Shown: piece after piece, positions 1-8,363 of the stretch | How the letters are laid out: every line of letters starts with the position of its first letter | Numbering within the stretch: the first letter of the stretch is position 1 | Assembly (NCBI GenBank): GCA_964638385.1 | Contig: CAZWZK010000001.1 | Span: 1,945-47,448, forward strand | Direction: 5' to 3' | Length of the DNA: 45,504 bases | Source: an uncultured Gammaproteobacteria bacterium | GTDB taxonomy: Bacteria > Patescibacteriota > Microgenomatia > UBA12405 | Position numbers and translations under genes: made by a program | Notes under the pieces: generated by a model | What the model saw: only the letters and a program-made list of their open reading frames with translations | What the model was told of the DNA's origin: nothing | Databases searched by the model: none

Positions 1-1515
1 TTTACATCTTTCTCTTATCTCAATCCTTGTTGACCAATCCATTTCTATTTTTTCTGTAATACAGTAATCTTTAAATTGATTTAGCCAACCAATATAACTA
101 TTGTCAATTTCGTAAATTAAGGCAATCTTTCCCCTTTTACTCTCCCTAGTCTTTCTATAAAACACATTTTGAGTTCTCATGTATTCTGGTACTTCAGTGA
201 TACTATAGGAGATTTTATTCGGCATATATCCATATTTTTTTACTCCATACCACCAGTATAAATATTGATTTGGATAGTCATAAATTTCTGGAACATGAGA
301 ATAAGCCTCAAATCCATCATTGTCCATTTTTTCATAAACCCAATCTACGTTTTTAATTAAATTGTCTAATTTTTTAGGATCATTTTTTCCAAAATTACCC
401 ACAAATTGCCATTGATCATTAACCGTTAGATAAATATTTCGCAGCAAAAATAACCCAACTACTAATCCAATTAGTTTTTGGAATTTATTAATATTTACCA
501 AGGCCATCGCTACCACAAAACAGTACCAGATCCTTAAGCTTTCCAAATACCATAACTTGAGTTCATGATGATAGACCGCCACATAAAACAAAAATCCAAA
601 TCCTAAAAATGCCAAAAAATATAATCCAAACTTTCTATATTTCTTATTGATAACTATCAATACTATTGCTATTACCAACAAAATTAACCCATAGTTCATT
701 GGCAGTATAAATTGACCCTCAAAAAAATCTTTTATTGTTTCAATATGTGAAGTTATTGTCTCTCCTAACGCCATCTTATCGCCCAATATCTGATTACTTC
801 CGTCAAAAAAACCTAACAATAGCTTGGTCATCTGAAATTTATTTTTTACCTCCAAAAGTATTTGAGGTAAAAACCATGGAATTAATCCCAACAAAAATCC
901 TTTCCAATGATTAGCCTTTTTATTCAAAAGTATTATTAAAACCGAAAACCCTACACAGACAATTCCAAAAGCCGCTTCAAACTGAGTTAGTAAAGCACTG
1001 GTCATTCCTAACCAAAAAATTGATTTATTATCTTTCTTCTCCAAAAAATTCCATAAAGCCACAAAGAAATAAATACTCAAATAAGTTGCCATATTTGCAT
1101 TCCAAAAGTTTCTGGTGATATCAAAAAGTCTTGGAGAAAACGCAATAAAAGAACCGATCAAAAATCCTAACCACACATTCTTTTTCCTAAAATACCAAAA
1201 CACAAATCCGGCTGAGCCCAAAAAAAGCAATATATTCCAATAAACCAAAGCTTGAGGACTGCCCCCACCAAGCCAATACGCTGGTAAATTAAAATAATAA
1301 TAAAAAGGCCCCAATCGCAATCCGTTAATTGAAGTTGTTGGTCCCAAAACAGCGATATCTTTAAATTCTCCCAATGCTCTTATATCCAACATATCTCTTG
1401 CCTGATCGTAGGTAAATGATGTCGAATAATTTTCTGTTTGTTTAAATCTAATAAAACCAGAAATTAGTAAAATAATACTAAAAACCACCAACAAAATTTT
1501 TTCCGTTGCTTTCAT
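1..1515 (-). CDS. Polytopic membrane protein, GT-C-like (ArnT/PMT-type glycosyltransferase-like), 3' end cut by window edge
   Basis: The ORF is open from the ATG (cat at 1513-1515) to position 1. It is absent from the supplied track because no stop lies inside the window. My translation starts MKATEKILLVVFSIILLISGFIRF...FTYDQARDMLDIRALGEFKDIAVLGPTTSINGLRLGPFYYYF. This is clearly paralogous to the N-terminus of the 26092..27567 product (GDQGRDVYIIRDL..FIGPQTSIGNMYLGPWFYY). It is hydrophobic and multi-TM throughout. Confidence 0.7.
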   Translation of the reverse strand, partial: MKATEKILLVVFSIILLISGFIRFKQTENYSTSFTYDQARDMLDIRALGEFKDIAVLGPTTSINGLRLGPFYYYFNLPAYWLGGGSPQALVYWNILLFLGSAGFVFWYFRKKNVWLGFLIGSFIAFSPRLFDITRNFWNANMATYLSIYFFVALWNFLEKKDNKSIFWLGMTSALLTQFEAAFGIVCVGFSVLIILLNKKANHWKGFLLGLIPWFLPQILLEVKNKFQMTKLLLGFFDGSNQILGDKMALGETITSHIETIKDFFEGQFILPMNYGLILLVIAIVLIVINKKYRKFGLYFLAFLGFGFLFYVAVYHHELKLWYLESLRIWYCFVVAMALVNINKFQKLIGLVVGLFLLRNIYLTVNDQWQFVGNFGKNDPKKLDNLIKNVDWVYEKMDNDGFEAYSHVPEIYDYPNQYLYWWYGVKKYGYMPNKISYSITEVPEYMRTQNVFYRKTRESKRGKIALIYEIDNSYIGWLNQFKDYCITEKIEMDWSTRIEIRERCK

Positions 1516-1536
1516 CTTTTCATTATATAATATCCT

Positions 1537-2808
1537 GTGATCGATATTAAGAATCTTCCATCTAAACCTGGTGTCTATATTTACAAAAACAGCCAGAAAA
1601 AAATCATTTACGTTGGCAAAGCCGTCAATCTTAAGAAACGGGTTTCTCAGTATTTTCAGACCGATCATGCTTTGGGTTATAAAACTAGCCATTTAGTCTC
1701 TCAAATTGCCGATATTGATTTCTATGTTGTTGGTTCCGAAATTGAGGCACTAATTCTCGAGTCAAGCCTTATTAAGCAATATCGGCCTAAATTTAATTCC
1801 CAACTCAAAGATGATAAAAGTTATATTTACATTACTATTACTAAAGATAAATTTCCTTTAATTAAGCCAGCCTTCAAATCAACCCTTAACCAAGAAAACT
1901 ATTTTTATGGTCCTTTCCCTGACAGTCGTTCGGTCAAAAGTCTCCTTAAAACTATTCGACATATTTTTCCGTATTATTCAAAAAAACATGATTCCAAAAA
2001 ATGTCTCTATTGTCACCTTGGGCTTTGTCCTGGCCCAAATCCTAGTCCAAAAGAATATCGCCGCAATATCTCTAGTATTAAAAAAATTCTTAACGGACAT
2101 TTTCGAAAATTAATTAGTCAATTGACTAAGGAAATGACCTTATTTTCTCAATCAGAAAATTATGAATTAGCCAAAGTCCGCCGCGATCAAATTGATTCTT
2201 TGAAATATGTTATCTCTGGTTGGCAGAGTCTTAGTCACTTATATCAAGAAATTGATTTCAAAGAAGATAAGTACCAAAAAGCTGTTGATCAATTAATTTT
2301 GACTTTGTCTACAAACTTCCCTCAACTCAAAAAAATCAATCGAATTGAAGCTTATGATATCTCCAACCTTGGATCCAAAATCTTTGTCGGTGCTATGACT
2401 GTTTACCAAAATGGCAAAATCGATTCTTCTCAATATCGTCAATTCAAAATTGAATCAAAAATCACCCCAGATGATCAATTTATGATCAAAGAGGTTATCT
2501 ATCGCCGGCTCAAACATTCGGAGTGGACCTCTCCTGATATTATTCTTGTTGATGGGGGAAAACCTCAAGTTTCTGCTGCTCATCAAGCAGTCGACTTGTC
2601 TATTAGTTCTAGTCTTAAACAAATTGCCATCATCGGTCTGGCCAAAAAATTTGAAACAATTATCATTAAAAATATTGACAACTGGGAGGAAATTAATTTA
2701 CCCAAAAACTCACCTGCACTTCAATTACTCCAACAGCTTCGTGATGAGGCTCACCGCTTCTCTAACCGCTACCGCAATAAACTTGTAAAAAATAAATTAA
2801 ATCTGTAA
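1537..2808 (+). CDS. uvrC: Excinuclease ABC subunit C, short form (GIY-YIG + UVR + endonuclease domain, no C-terminal HhH2)
   Basis: GTG start. GIY-YIG motif GVYIYKNSQKKIIYVGKAVNLKKRVSQYF..EIEALILESSLIKQYRPKFN. UVR-like helix NYELAKVRRDQIDSLKYV. C-terminal nuclease motifs IEAYDISNLGSK and LRDEAHRFSNRY. Confidence 0.85.
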   Translation: MIDIKNLPSKPGVYIYKNSQKKIIYVGKAVNLKKRVSQYFQTDHALGYKTSHLVSQIADIDFYVVGSEIEALILESSLIKQYRPKFNSQLKDDKSYIYITITKDKFPLIKPAFKSTLNQENYFYGPFPDSRSVKSLLKTIRHIFPYYSKKHDSKKCLYCHLGLCPGPNPSPKEYRRNISSIKKILNGHFRKLISQLTKEMTLFSQSENYELAKVRRDQIDSLKYVISGWQSLSHLYQEIDFKEDKYQKAVDQLILTLSTNFPQLKKINRIEAYDISNLGSKIFVGAMTVYQNGKIDSSQYRQFKIESKITPDDQFMIKEVIYRRLKHSEWTSPDIILVDGGKPQVSAAHQAVDLSISSSLKQIAIIGLAKKFETIIIKNIDNWEEINLPKNSPALQLLQQLRDEAHRFSNRYRNKLVKNKLNL

Positions 2809-2812
2809 AGGA

Positions 2813-4267
2813 TTATTTTTTAATTTGTTCATCAAACTTAACCATTCTCCTAATATGTTCCTTGGCCCAACTTGTCTTAGCTATATCACCCCAATTTTTA
2901 TTGACATTTAATTTTTTACCCAACAATACTTCTATTAAGTCACCTGTTTTTAGCTCATCATTAATTTTTCCCATCTTGCCATTTATTTTTACTCCAATAC
3001 ATCTGTCTCCTACACTCGTATGTATCTTGTAGGCAAAATCAAGAGCTGTAGATTTTTTGGGTAACTGTATTGTGTCTCCTTTAGGAGTAAACACATAGAT
3101 ATAATTAGTCAAAACTTTTATTTGATAATTATTGACATTATTATCACCCTTTTGCCATTTAACCAAATCCTTAACCCATTCCATACCTCGCCCACCATTT
3201 TCACCATTTTTCCCCATTTTATAAGCTATATGTGATGCTGGTCCAAACTCATTAAACTCATGCATTTCTTTAGTTTTTATTTGAATCTCCACTGTCATTC
3301 TTTCCTTCCAGTTGATAGTTGTTTGAATTGATCTATAACCGTTTGGTTTTGGTGCCGAAATATAATCCTCAAACTCTTCAGGTAAATAATTGTACTTAGC
3401 ATGAAGTAGTCCCAAAACGGTATAACAATCAACCAAATCATCGGTCAAAACTCGTATTGCTACTCTATCTTTCACTTGATACCCATCACCTTTCCTTTTT
3501 ATTTTTGAATACGTACTGTAAAGACTTTTGATTCTTCCTTCGACTATTGCATTGTTAATATTATTAATTTTTAGAATCCTTTCTATTTCGTTTTTAATTA
3601 AATTTAAAGCCTTTATCTCATCCTTTTCTCTATCTTTAAAAAATATTTGGATCCTTTCTGCTTCTTCAGGGTGGAGGATTCTAAAAGCAATATCTTCAAT
3701 CCTTTTCTTAAAATAATGTAAACCTACATATTCAGCCAATGGTCCATAAACCTTCATTATATTTTTAGCATAAATTATCTGCCTTTCTTTAGGCAAATAT
3801 TCTATAGTCATACTATTATGAAGTTTATCTACTAGTCTAATTATTAATACTCGCACATCATTAACCGAAGAAAAGAAAAATTTTCTATATATCTCTACGC
3901 TAGTATTGTTTATTTGTAGCCCAGAAGTTTTTGTTTTTACCTCAGTTAATCCTGAAACAAGCAAAGCCACTTCATCGCCAAATTCTCTCGCAATATCCTC
4001 CAATGTAATATCAGTATCTTCAACACAATCATGAAGCAATGACGCTAAAACGGCTTCTTGACCGATATTAAGTTGGGCTACTACCTTTGCAATCCAAGCA
4101 GGATGAGATATATACGGTTTTCCCGAATATCTCTTTTGTCCTTCATGAGCTTTCGCCATAAAGTCATACCCTTTTTTAATCAAAATTTTGTCAAAATTAG
4201 GTATTTTGGAAATTACATATTCCAAATCTTGCCAATAATTGTCGCTAAAAGATAAATCTAATCCCAT
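2813..4267 (-). CDS. rel: RelA/SpoT-homolog (p)ppGpp synthetase/hydrolase, short form (HD + synthetase + TGS only)
   Basis: HD motif LLHDCVEDT. Synthetase motifs GRIKSLYSTYSKIKRKG and EIQIKTKEMHEF. TGS domain IYVFTPKGDTIQLPKKSTALDFAYKIHTSVGDRCIGVKINGK. It ends about 40 aa after TGS. Confidence 0.85.
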   Translation of the reverse strand: MGLDLSFSDNYWQDLEYVISKIPNFDKILIKKGYDFMAKAHEGQKRYSGKPYISHPAWIAKVVAQLNIGQEAVLASLLHDCVEDTDITLEDIAREFGDEVALLVSGLTEVKTKTSGLQINNTSVEIYRKFFFSSVNDVRVLIIRLVDKLHNSMTIEYLPKERQIIYAKNIMKVYGPLAEYVGLHYFKKRIEDIAFRILHPEEAERIQIFFKDREKDEIKALNLIKNEIERILKINNINNAIVEGRIKSLYSTYSKIKRKGDGYQVKDRVAIRVLTDDLVDCYTVLGLLHAKYNYLPEEFEDYISAPKPNGYRSIQTTINWKERMTVEIQIKTKEMHEFNEFGPASHIAYKMGKNGENGGRGMEWVKDLVKWQKGDNNVNNYQIKVLTNYIYVFTPKGDTIQLPKKSTALDFAYKIHTSVGDRCIGVKINGKMGKINDELKTGDLIEVLLGKKLNVNKNWGDIAKTSWAKEHIRRMVKFDEQIKK

Positions 4268-4279
4268 AATTTGAGTTTA

Positions 4280-4288
4280 ATTATATCA
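4280..4288 (-). promoter_or_regulatory. Extended -10 promoter element (TGaTATAAT on minus strand) for rel
   Basis: Plus strand attatatca at 4280-4288 reads TGATATAAT on the minus strand. It lies 12 nt upstream of the rel ATG (4267), inside the 26-nt sortase-rel spacer. Confidence 0.4.
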
Positions 4289-4293
4289 AGAAA

Positions 4294-5013
4294 TTAAATT
4301 CTTTCGGCAAAAATCAACAATCTCTGCCAATTTGTCCCAATCGGCCAACAGGTTTGCAAAACCAATAATTCTCGGTCTTTTTCTGAATATGTAAGATATT
4401 CAACTTCTTTTGCTCCAATAATTTTTTTTGTATATACCTTATACATATAATCTTTTCCCTTATAATTTATCAAAATAACATCATCATTATTTAATTCACC
4501 CAAAAGATAAAAAACCGAATTTTGTCTAGCTGCCAATAATTCTTGCTGTGTTGAATGGGCGAACAAATATGTAGTCGTTCCTTTTCCGTCTCCAGGCAAT
4601 GATGATATTGATGACTGGGCAATATCATTGCCTTTCAAAACTGCCATATACTCTTTTTTGTTATAAGGCGAAACCCCTTTTATAATTTTGGCATTAGCTC
4701 CAATTTTTGGTACTTCAATATTAAATTCATCACTTTCCTTTTCTATTTCAATATTAGTTTCGCTTTTTATTTCTTGTTCTACTACACTTATTTTTTTTAT
4801 TATTTTCTCTTGATCTATCGCTTTATAAGTAATCCAGCTTTTCATTAACGGTTGATATATATATCCCAAAGCCCCCACGGAAAAGAAGATAGTAACTGTC
4901 CCTAGATAAAAAAGCCACTTTCTCCACCAACATGGATTGTTGTAAATAACTCCTTGTTTCGACTTTATCTTGACGCTTCTTTTTCTTGGTGTTACTTTAA
5001 AAAAGTTATCCAT
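4294..5013 (-). CDS. Sortase-family transpeptidase (membrane anchored)
   Basis: N-terminal TM segment LFYLGTVTIFFSVGALGYIY. Catalytic His context TYLFAHS. Catalytic Cys in the TLxTC-like motif LLVLQTCWP. C-terminal Arg context QRLLIFAERI. Confidence 0.8.
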   Translation of the reverse strand: MDNFFKVTPRKRSVKIKSKQGVIYNNPCWWRKWLFYLGTVTIFFSVGALGYIYQPLMKSWITYKAIDQEKIIKKISVVEQEIKSETNIEIEKESDEFNIEVPKIGANAKIIKGVSPYNKKEYMAVLKGNDIAQSSISSLPGDGKGTTTYLFAHSTQQELLAARQNSVFYLLGELNNDDVILINYKGKDYMYKVYTKKIIGAKEVEYLTYSEKDRELLVLQTCWPIGTNWQRLLIFAERI

Positions 5014-5042
5014 ATTCTCTTAATTAAACCATTTATTTTAAT

Positions 5043-5071
5043 TTGACAAAAGTAGACCTTTACTTTAAGAT
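5043..5071 (+). promoter_or_regulatory. Sigma-70-type promoter TTGACA-17-TAAGAT upstream of greA
   Basis: TTGACA at 5043-5048, a 17-nt spacer, then TAAGAT at 5066-5071. The predicted TSS is near 5078, about 70 nt upstream of the greA ATG. Confidence 0.5.
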
Positions 5072-5079
5072 ACTTACTC

Positions 5080-5125
5080 ATCTGCAGCTCCCGAGCAGAT
5101 TTTTAGAAAACCCGGGAGTTTTTTT
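5080..5125 (+). terminator. Intrinsic-terminator-like hairpin + T7 tract inside the greA leader (attenuator or small RNA 3' end)
   Basis: CTCCCG (5088-5093) pairs with CGGGAG (5113-5118), followed by TTTTTTT (5119-5125). An overlapping alternative hairpin pairs ATCTGC (5080-5085) with GCAGAT (5095-5100). Confidence 0.45.
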
Positions 5126-5147
5126 ATTAAATCTTTAATTTTGTAAA

Positions 5148-5606
5148 ATGAACAACAAAAGTCTTTTAACCAAGGATGGTTATGATAGATTAGTCGAACA
5201 GTTAGGTGAATTAAAAAAGAAACAAGACCATTTAATTACTCAAATTGAAGAAGTTGCTCAACCAGACGAGTCAGGGGAGGATGGCTTAGCTTCTCAGCTC
5301 AAAGAAGAGCTCGAAGTTACCAATACAAAAATTGATGAAATCGAGGAAATGCTCGAAGTTAGTGAAATTATTAGTGATAATATTGATTGTGACTCTATCC
5401 AAGTTGGTTGTAAAGTAAAAATAAAAATTGCTTCTAATACCAAAGAATTTTTTATAGTTAATCACCTTGAATCAGATCCAACTGTCAACAAGATCTCCGA
5501 TCAATCACCCTTAGGCCGAGCTTTGATGGGAAAGAAAATTAATGACGAAATTGAAGTCGATGCTCCAGTTGGAAAAATCACTTACAAAATCGTCTCTATT
5601 AACTAA
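5148..5606 (+). CDS. greA: Transcription elongation factor GreA
   Basis: N-terminal coiled coil LTKDGYDRLVEQLGELKK. C-terminal FKBP-like domain SPLGRALMGKKINDEIEVDAPVGKITYKIVSI. Typical size of 152 aa. Confidence 0.9.
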   Translation: MNNKSLLTKDGYDRLVEQLGELKKKQDHLITQIEEVAQPDESGEDGLASQLKEELEVTNTKIDEIEEMLEVSEIISDNIDCDSIQVGCKVKIKIASNTKEFFIVNHLESDPTVNKISDQSPLGRALMGKKINDEIEVDAPVGKITYKIVSIN

Positions 5607-5635
5607 TATAGCCTTGAATATAGTAAAATAACTTC

Positions 5636-7096
5636 ATGGCAGACATTAAGCTTAACGAACTTCAAAAACAACGACAAGATAAACTTGAGAAAATTAAGTC
5701 TCTTGGGATAAACCCTTATCCGCAACCAAATTTATCCAAAAAATCAACTATTTCTGACGCTCGTGAATCTCTAGACAAATCTGTCGAAGTTGCCGGACGA
5801 ATCATGTCTCTTCGTGGTCACGGTAAAATTCTTTTTGCCGACCTTCATGACCAAACTGGAAAAATCCAACTTTTTTTTCAAGAAAAAATATTAGCTGAAA
5901 AAATGGCTCAAACAAAACTTCTTGATTTGGGAGACATTATTTCTGTCTGTGGTGATGTTTTTAAAACCCAAGCCGGTGAAACTACTATCAATGTTTTTAA
6001 ATTTGAAATTTTAGCCAAGAATTTACGGCCACTACCTGAAAAATGGCATGGTCTCAAAGATGTCGAAGATCGCTATCGTCAACGTTATGTTGATCTTATT
6101 GTCAATCCTGAAGTTCGAGAAGTTTTTAAAACTAGAACCAAAATCTTAACTCAGATGCGTCTTTTTCTTGATGACCATGGTTTTTTGGAAGTTGAAACCC
6201 CAATTTTGCAACCAGTTTATGGCGGTGCTTCAGCTAAACCATTCACTACTCACCACAACACTCTTGATATGGACATGTACCTTCGTATTTCTGACGAACT
6301 TTACCTCAAAAGATTAATTGTTGGTGGTTTTGAAAAAGTTTACGAAGTTTCTCGTGATTTCCGCAACGAGGGTGTTTCTCGTTTTCACAATCCTGAATTC
6401 ACTCAAATCGAATTTTATTGGGCTTATATTGATTACAATGTTTTAATGGATTTTACCGAAAAATTAGTCAAACATATAGTTCAGTCAATTAAGGGAGATC
6501 TAAAATTTACCTTTCAAGGTACTGAAATTGATTTTACTAAACCTATAGAAAGAATCACTTTTACTGATGTTATTCAAAAACATACTGGGATAAATATTGA
6601 CCAAATCAAAACCGAAGAAGAATTTAAACAAACTATAAAAGACAAAAATATCAAAGTTGATATGAAAGGTGTTGTTGGTCTTGGAGCTTGTTTTGATGCT
6701 CTCTACAAAGAACATGTCCGTCCTAACATTGTTGGTCCAGCCTATGTTTGTGACTATCCTGCCGAAATGATTGCTTTGGCCAAACGTAAAGCTGATAACC
6801 CGGCCAAAATATCTTCTTTCCAACTACTTATCTGTGGCACAGAATTCTTAAAAGCCTACAATGAGCTTAACGACCCCAAAGATCAAGCTGATCGTTGGTT
6901 GGAAGAAGTTGCTTTAGAAAAGAAAGGTAATGAAACTGCTATGCAATTTGACAGTGATTATATTCGTGCTTTGGAATACGGTATGCCACCAACCTCTGGA
7001 TGGGGTATGGGTATCGATCGTTTTACTCAACTTCTTACCGATCAAGCAACTATCAAAGACGTCATTCTTTTCCCAGCCATGAGAAACGAAGAGTAA
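5636..7096 (+). CDS. lysS: Lysine--tRNA ligase, class II
   Basis: OB-fold N-terminal domain, RYRQRYVDLI. Class II motifs FLEVETPILQ, YEVSRDFRNEG and GWGMGIDRF. Confidence 0.95.
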   Translation: MADIKLNELQKQRQDKLEKIKSLGINPYPQPNLSKKSTISDARESLDKSVEVAGRIMSLRGHGKILFADLHDQTGKIQLFFQEKILAEKMAQTKLLDLGDIISVCGDVFKTQAGETTINVFKFEILAKNLRPLPEKWHGLKDVEDRYRQRYVDLIVNPEVREVFKTRTKILTQMRLFLDDHGFLEVETPILQPVYGGASAKPFTTHHNTLDMDMYLRISDELYLKRLIVGGFEKVYEVSRDFRNEGVSRFHNPEFTQIEFYWAYIDYNVLMDFTEKLVKHIVQSIKGDLKFTFQGTEIDFTKPIERITFTDVIQKHTGINIDQIKTEEEFKQTIKDKNIKVDMKGVVGLGACFDALYKEHVRPNIVGPAYVCDYPAEMIALAKRKADNPAKISSFQLLICGTEFLKAYNELNDPKDQADRWLEEVALEKKGNETAMQFDSDYIRALEYGMPPTSGWGMGIDRFTQLLTDQATIKDVILFPAMRNEE

Positions 7097-7105
7097 AATA
7101 AATTA

Positions 7106-7759
7106 ATGAAATTACTTCTCACTTCCGCTGGTATTAGGAATCAAACAATTCTAAAAGGTCTTGACGAACTTGCCCTCAAACCATTCGACCAACTCAAAGT
7201 TGCTTTTATTCCCACTGCTGCCAATTTAGAATCAGGTGATAAAGAGTGGTTAATCGACGATTTACGTCGGCTTAGTTTCTTAAAATTTTCTCAAATCGAT
7301 ATTGTTGATATCTCAGCGTTACCAAAAGAAATCTGGTTAACAAGATTAGAGGAGTCTGATATTCTTTTCGTCGAAGGTGGCAACACATATCATTTAATGT
7401 ATTGGTTCAATAAATCTGGTCTTTCAAAAATCCTTCCAAAATTGTTGGAAACCAAAATCTATATTGGTGTTAGCGCTGGATCAATTATCGCTACCCCAAG
7501 CCTAATTAACGCCGATTTTGAGTCTAAACCTTTAAAAGAAATTAATGAAGAAATTTTTCACCAGGGCTTAAAATTAGTTGATTTTATGATTGAGCCTCAT
7601 ATTAATTCAATATATTTTCCTGATTCAACTTTAGAAAAATTAGCTAAACGATCAAAAAAATACAACTCTCCTATTTATGGGATTGATGATGAAACCGCTA
7701 TCAAAATCGATGGTGATAAAATTGAGGTTATTAGTAATGGTGTTTGGAAAAAATTTTAA
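7106..7759 (+). CDS. Peptidase S51 (dipeptidase E-like) family protein
   Basis: FVEGGNTYHLMYW and the nucleophile-serine context YIGVSAGSIIA. About 217 aa, typical of the family. Confidence 0.7.
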   Translation: MKLLLTSAGIRNQTILKGLDELALKPFDQLKVAFIPTAANLESGDKEWLIDDLRRLSFLKFSQIDIVDISALPKEIWLTRLEESDILFVEGGNTYHLMYWFNKSGLSKILPKLLETKIYIGVSAGSIIATPSLINADFESKPLKEINEEIFHQGLKLVDFMIEPHINSIYFPDSTLEKLAKRSKKYNSPIYGIDDETAIKIDGDKIEVISNGVWKKF

Positions 7760-7766
7760 AAATAAT

Positions 7767-8357
7767 ATGAATCGCCAAAATTATCTTGATGCTCTAAAAA
7801 ATTCTCTTGAGACAAATATTGTTTCTCATTCCTTGGCTCTGGAAGCTTGTATGGGTGGAATTTATGATTATCTCAAAGAGAATAATTTACTCAAACCAGA
7901 CGAATTACCCAAAGAAGATTGGCTTTTGGCTGGTCTGATTCACGACATTGACTATGTTGGCGATTTCAAAGAATCTCATCCCAACAAAACCCAAGAAGCC
8001 TTAGCAAAGTTCAATTTAGAAATTTCTGATGATATTGATAAACTAGTAAAATCTCATGCTCCAAAAATTTCTGGAATCAAGCCCCGAACCCAAGCTCAAT
8101 GGTCTATATTTTGTGCCGACAGTTTAACCGGCTTGATTGTCGCCGTTGCTTTTGTTTATCCATCTCGCAAACTCTCTGATGTCAAAGTTTCCTCTGTTCT
8201 CAAAAGATTCCTCAAAGAACCTCGCTTTGCCGCTGGCACTCGTCGCGATGAAGTCAAAATGTGTGAATTGTCAGATGGTCTAAATATTCCTCTGGAAAAA
8301 TTTATCGAAATCTGTCTCACTTCCATGCAACAAATCGCCCACCAAATTGGGTTATAA
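7767..8357 (+). CDS. HD-domain hydrolase
   Basis: The internal ATG at 7767 (MNRQNYLDALK) avoids an 83-nt overlap with the upstream gene. HD motif LAGLIHDIDY. Confidence 0.65.
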   Translation: MNRQNYLDALKNSLETNIVSHSLALEACMGGIYDYLKENNLLKPDELPKEDWLLAGLIHDIDYVGDFKESHPNKTQEALAKFNLEISDDIDKLVKSHAPKISGIKPRTQAQWSIFCADSLTGLIVAVAFVYPSRKLSDVKVSSVLKRFLKEPRFAAGTRRDEVKMCELSDGLNIPLEKFIEICLTSMQQIAHQIGL

Positions 8358-8363
8358 TTTGTC

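Noticed and set aside
1907-2113. Many 60-130-aa ORFs in the track lie nested inside, or antisense to, the large genes. Examples: 1907-2113, 2546-2788, 3528-3716, 4058-4255, 6500-6823, 8156-8365, 11749-12039, 12219-12458, 13010-13267, 15130-15351, 16385-16861, 19627-19900, 20756-21142, 24028-24422, 25751-25966, 28069-28341, 29273-29509, 31811-32101, 36392-36988, 37904-38298, 39471-40043, 42733-42939, 44212-44400.
   Set aside because: Each is fully overlapped by a longer ORF with clear family motifs. Their products are low-complexity (L/F/K/I/S-rich), as expected from alternative frames of AT-rich coding DNA. None has a recognisable motif or its own promoter-like signal.
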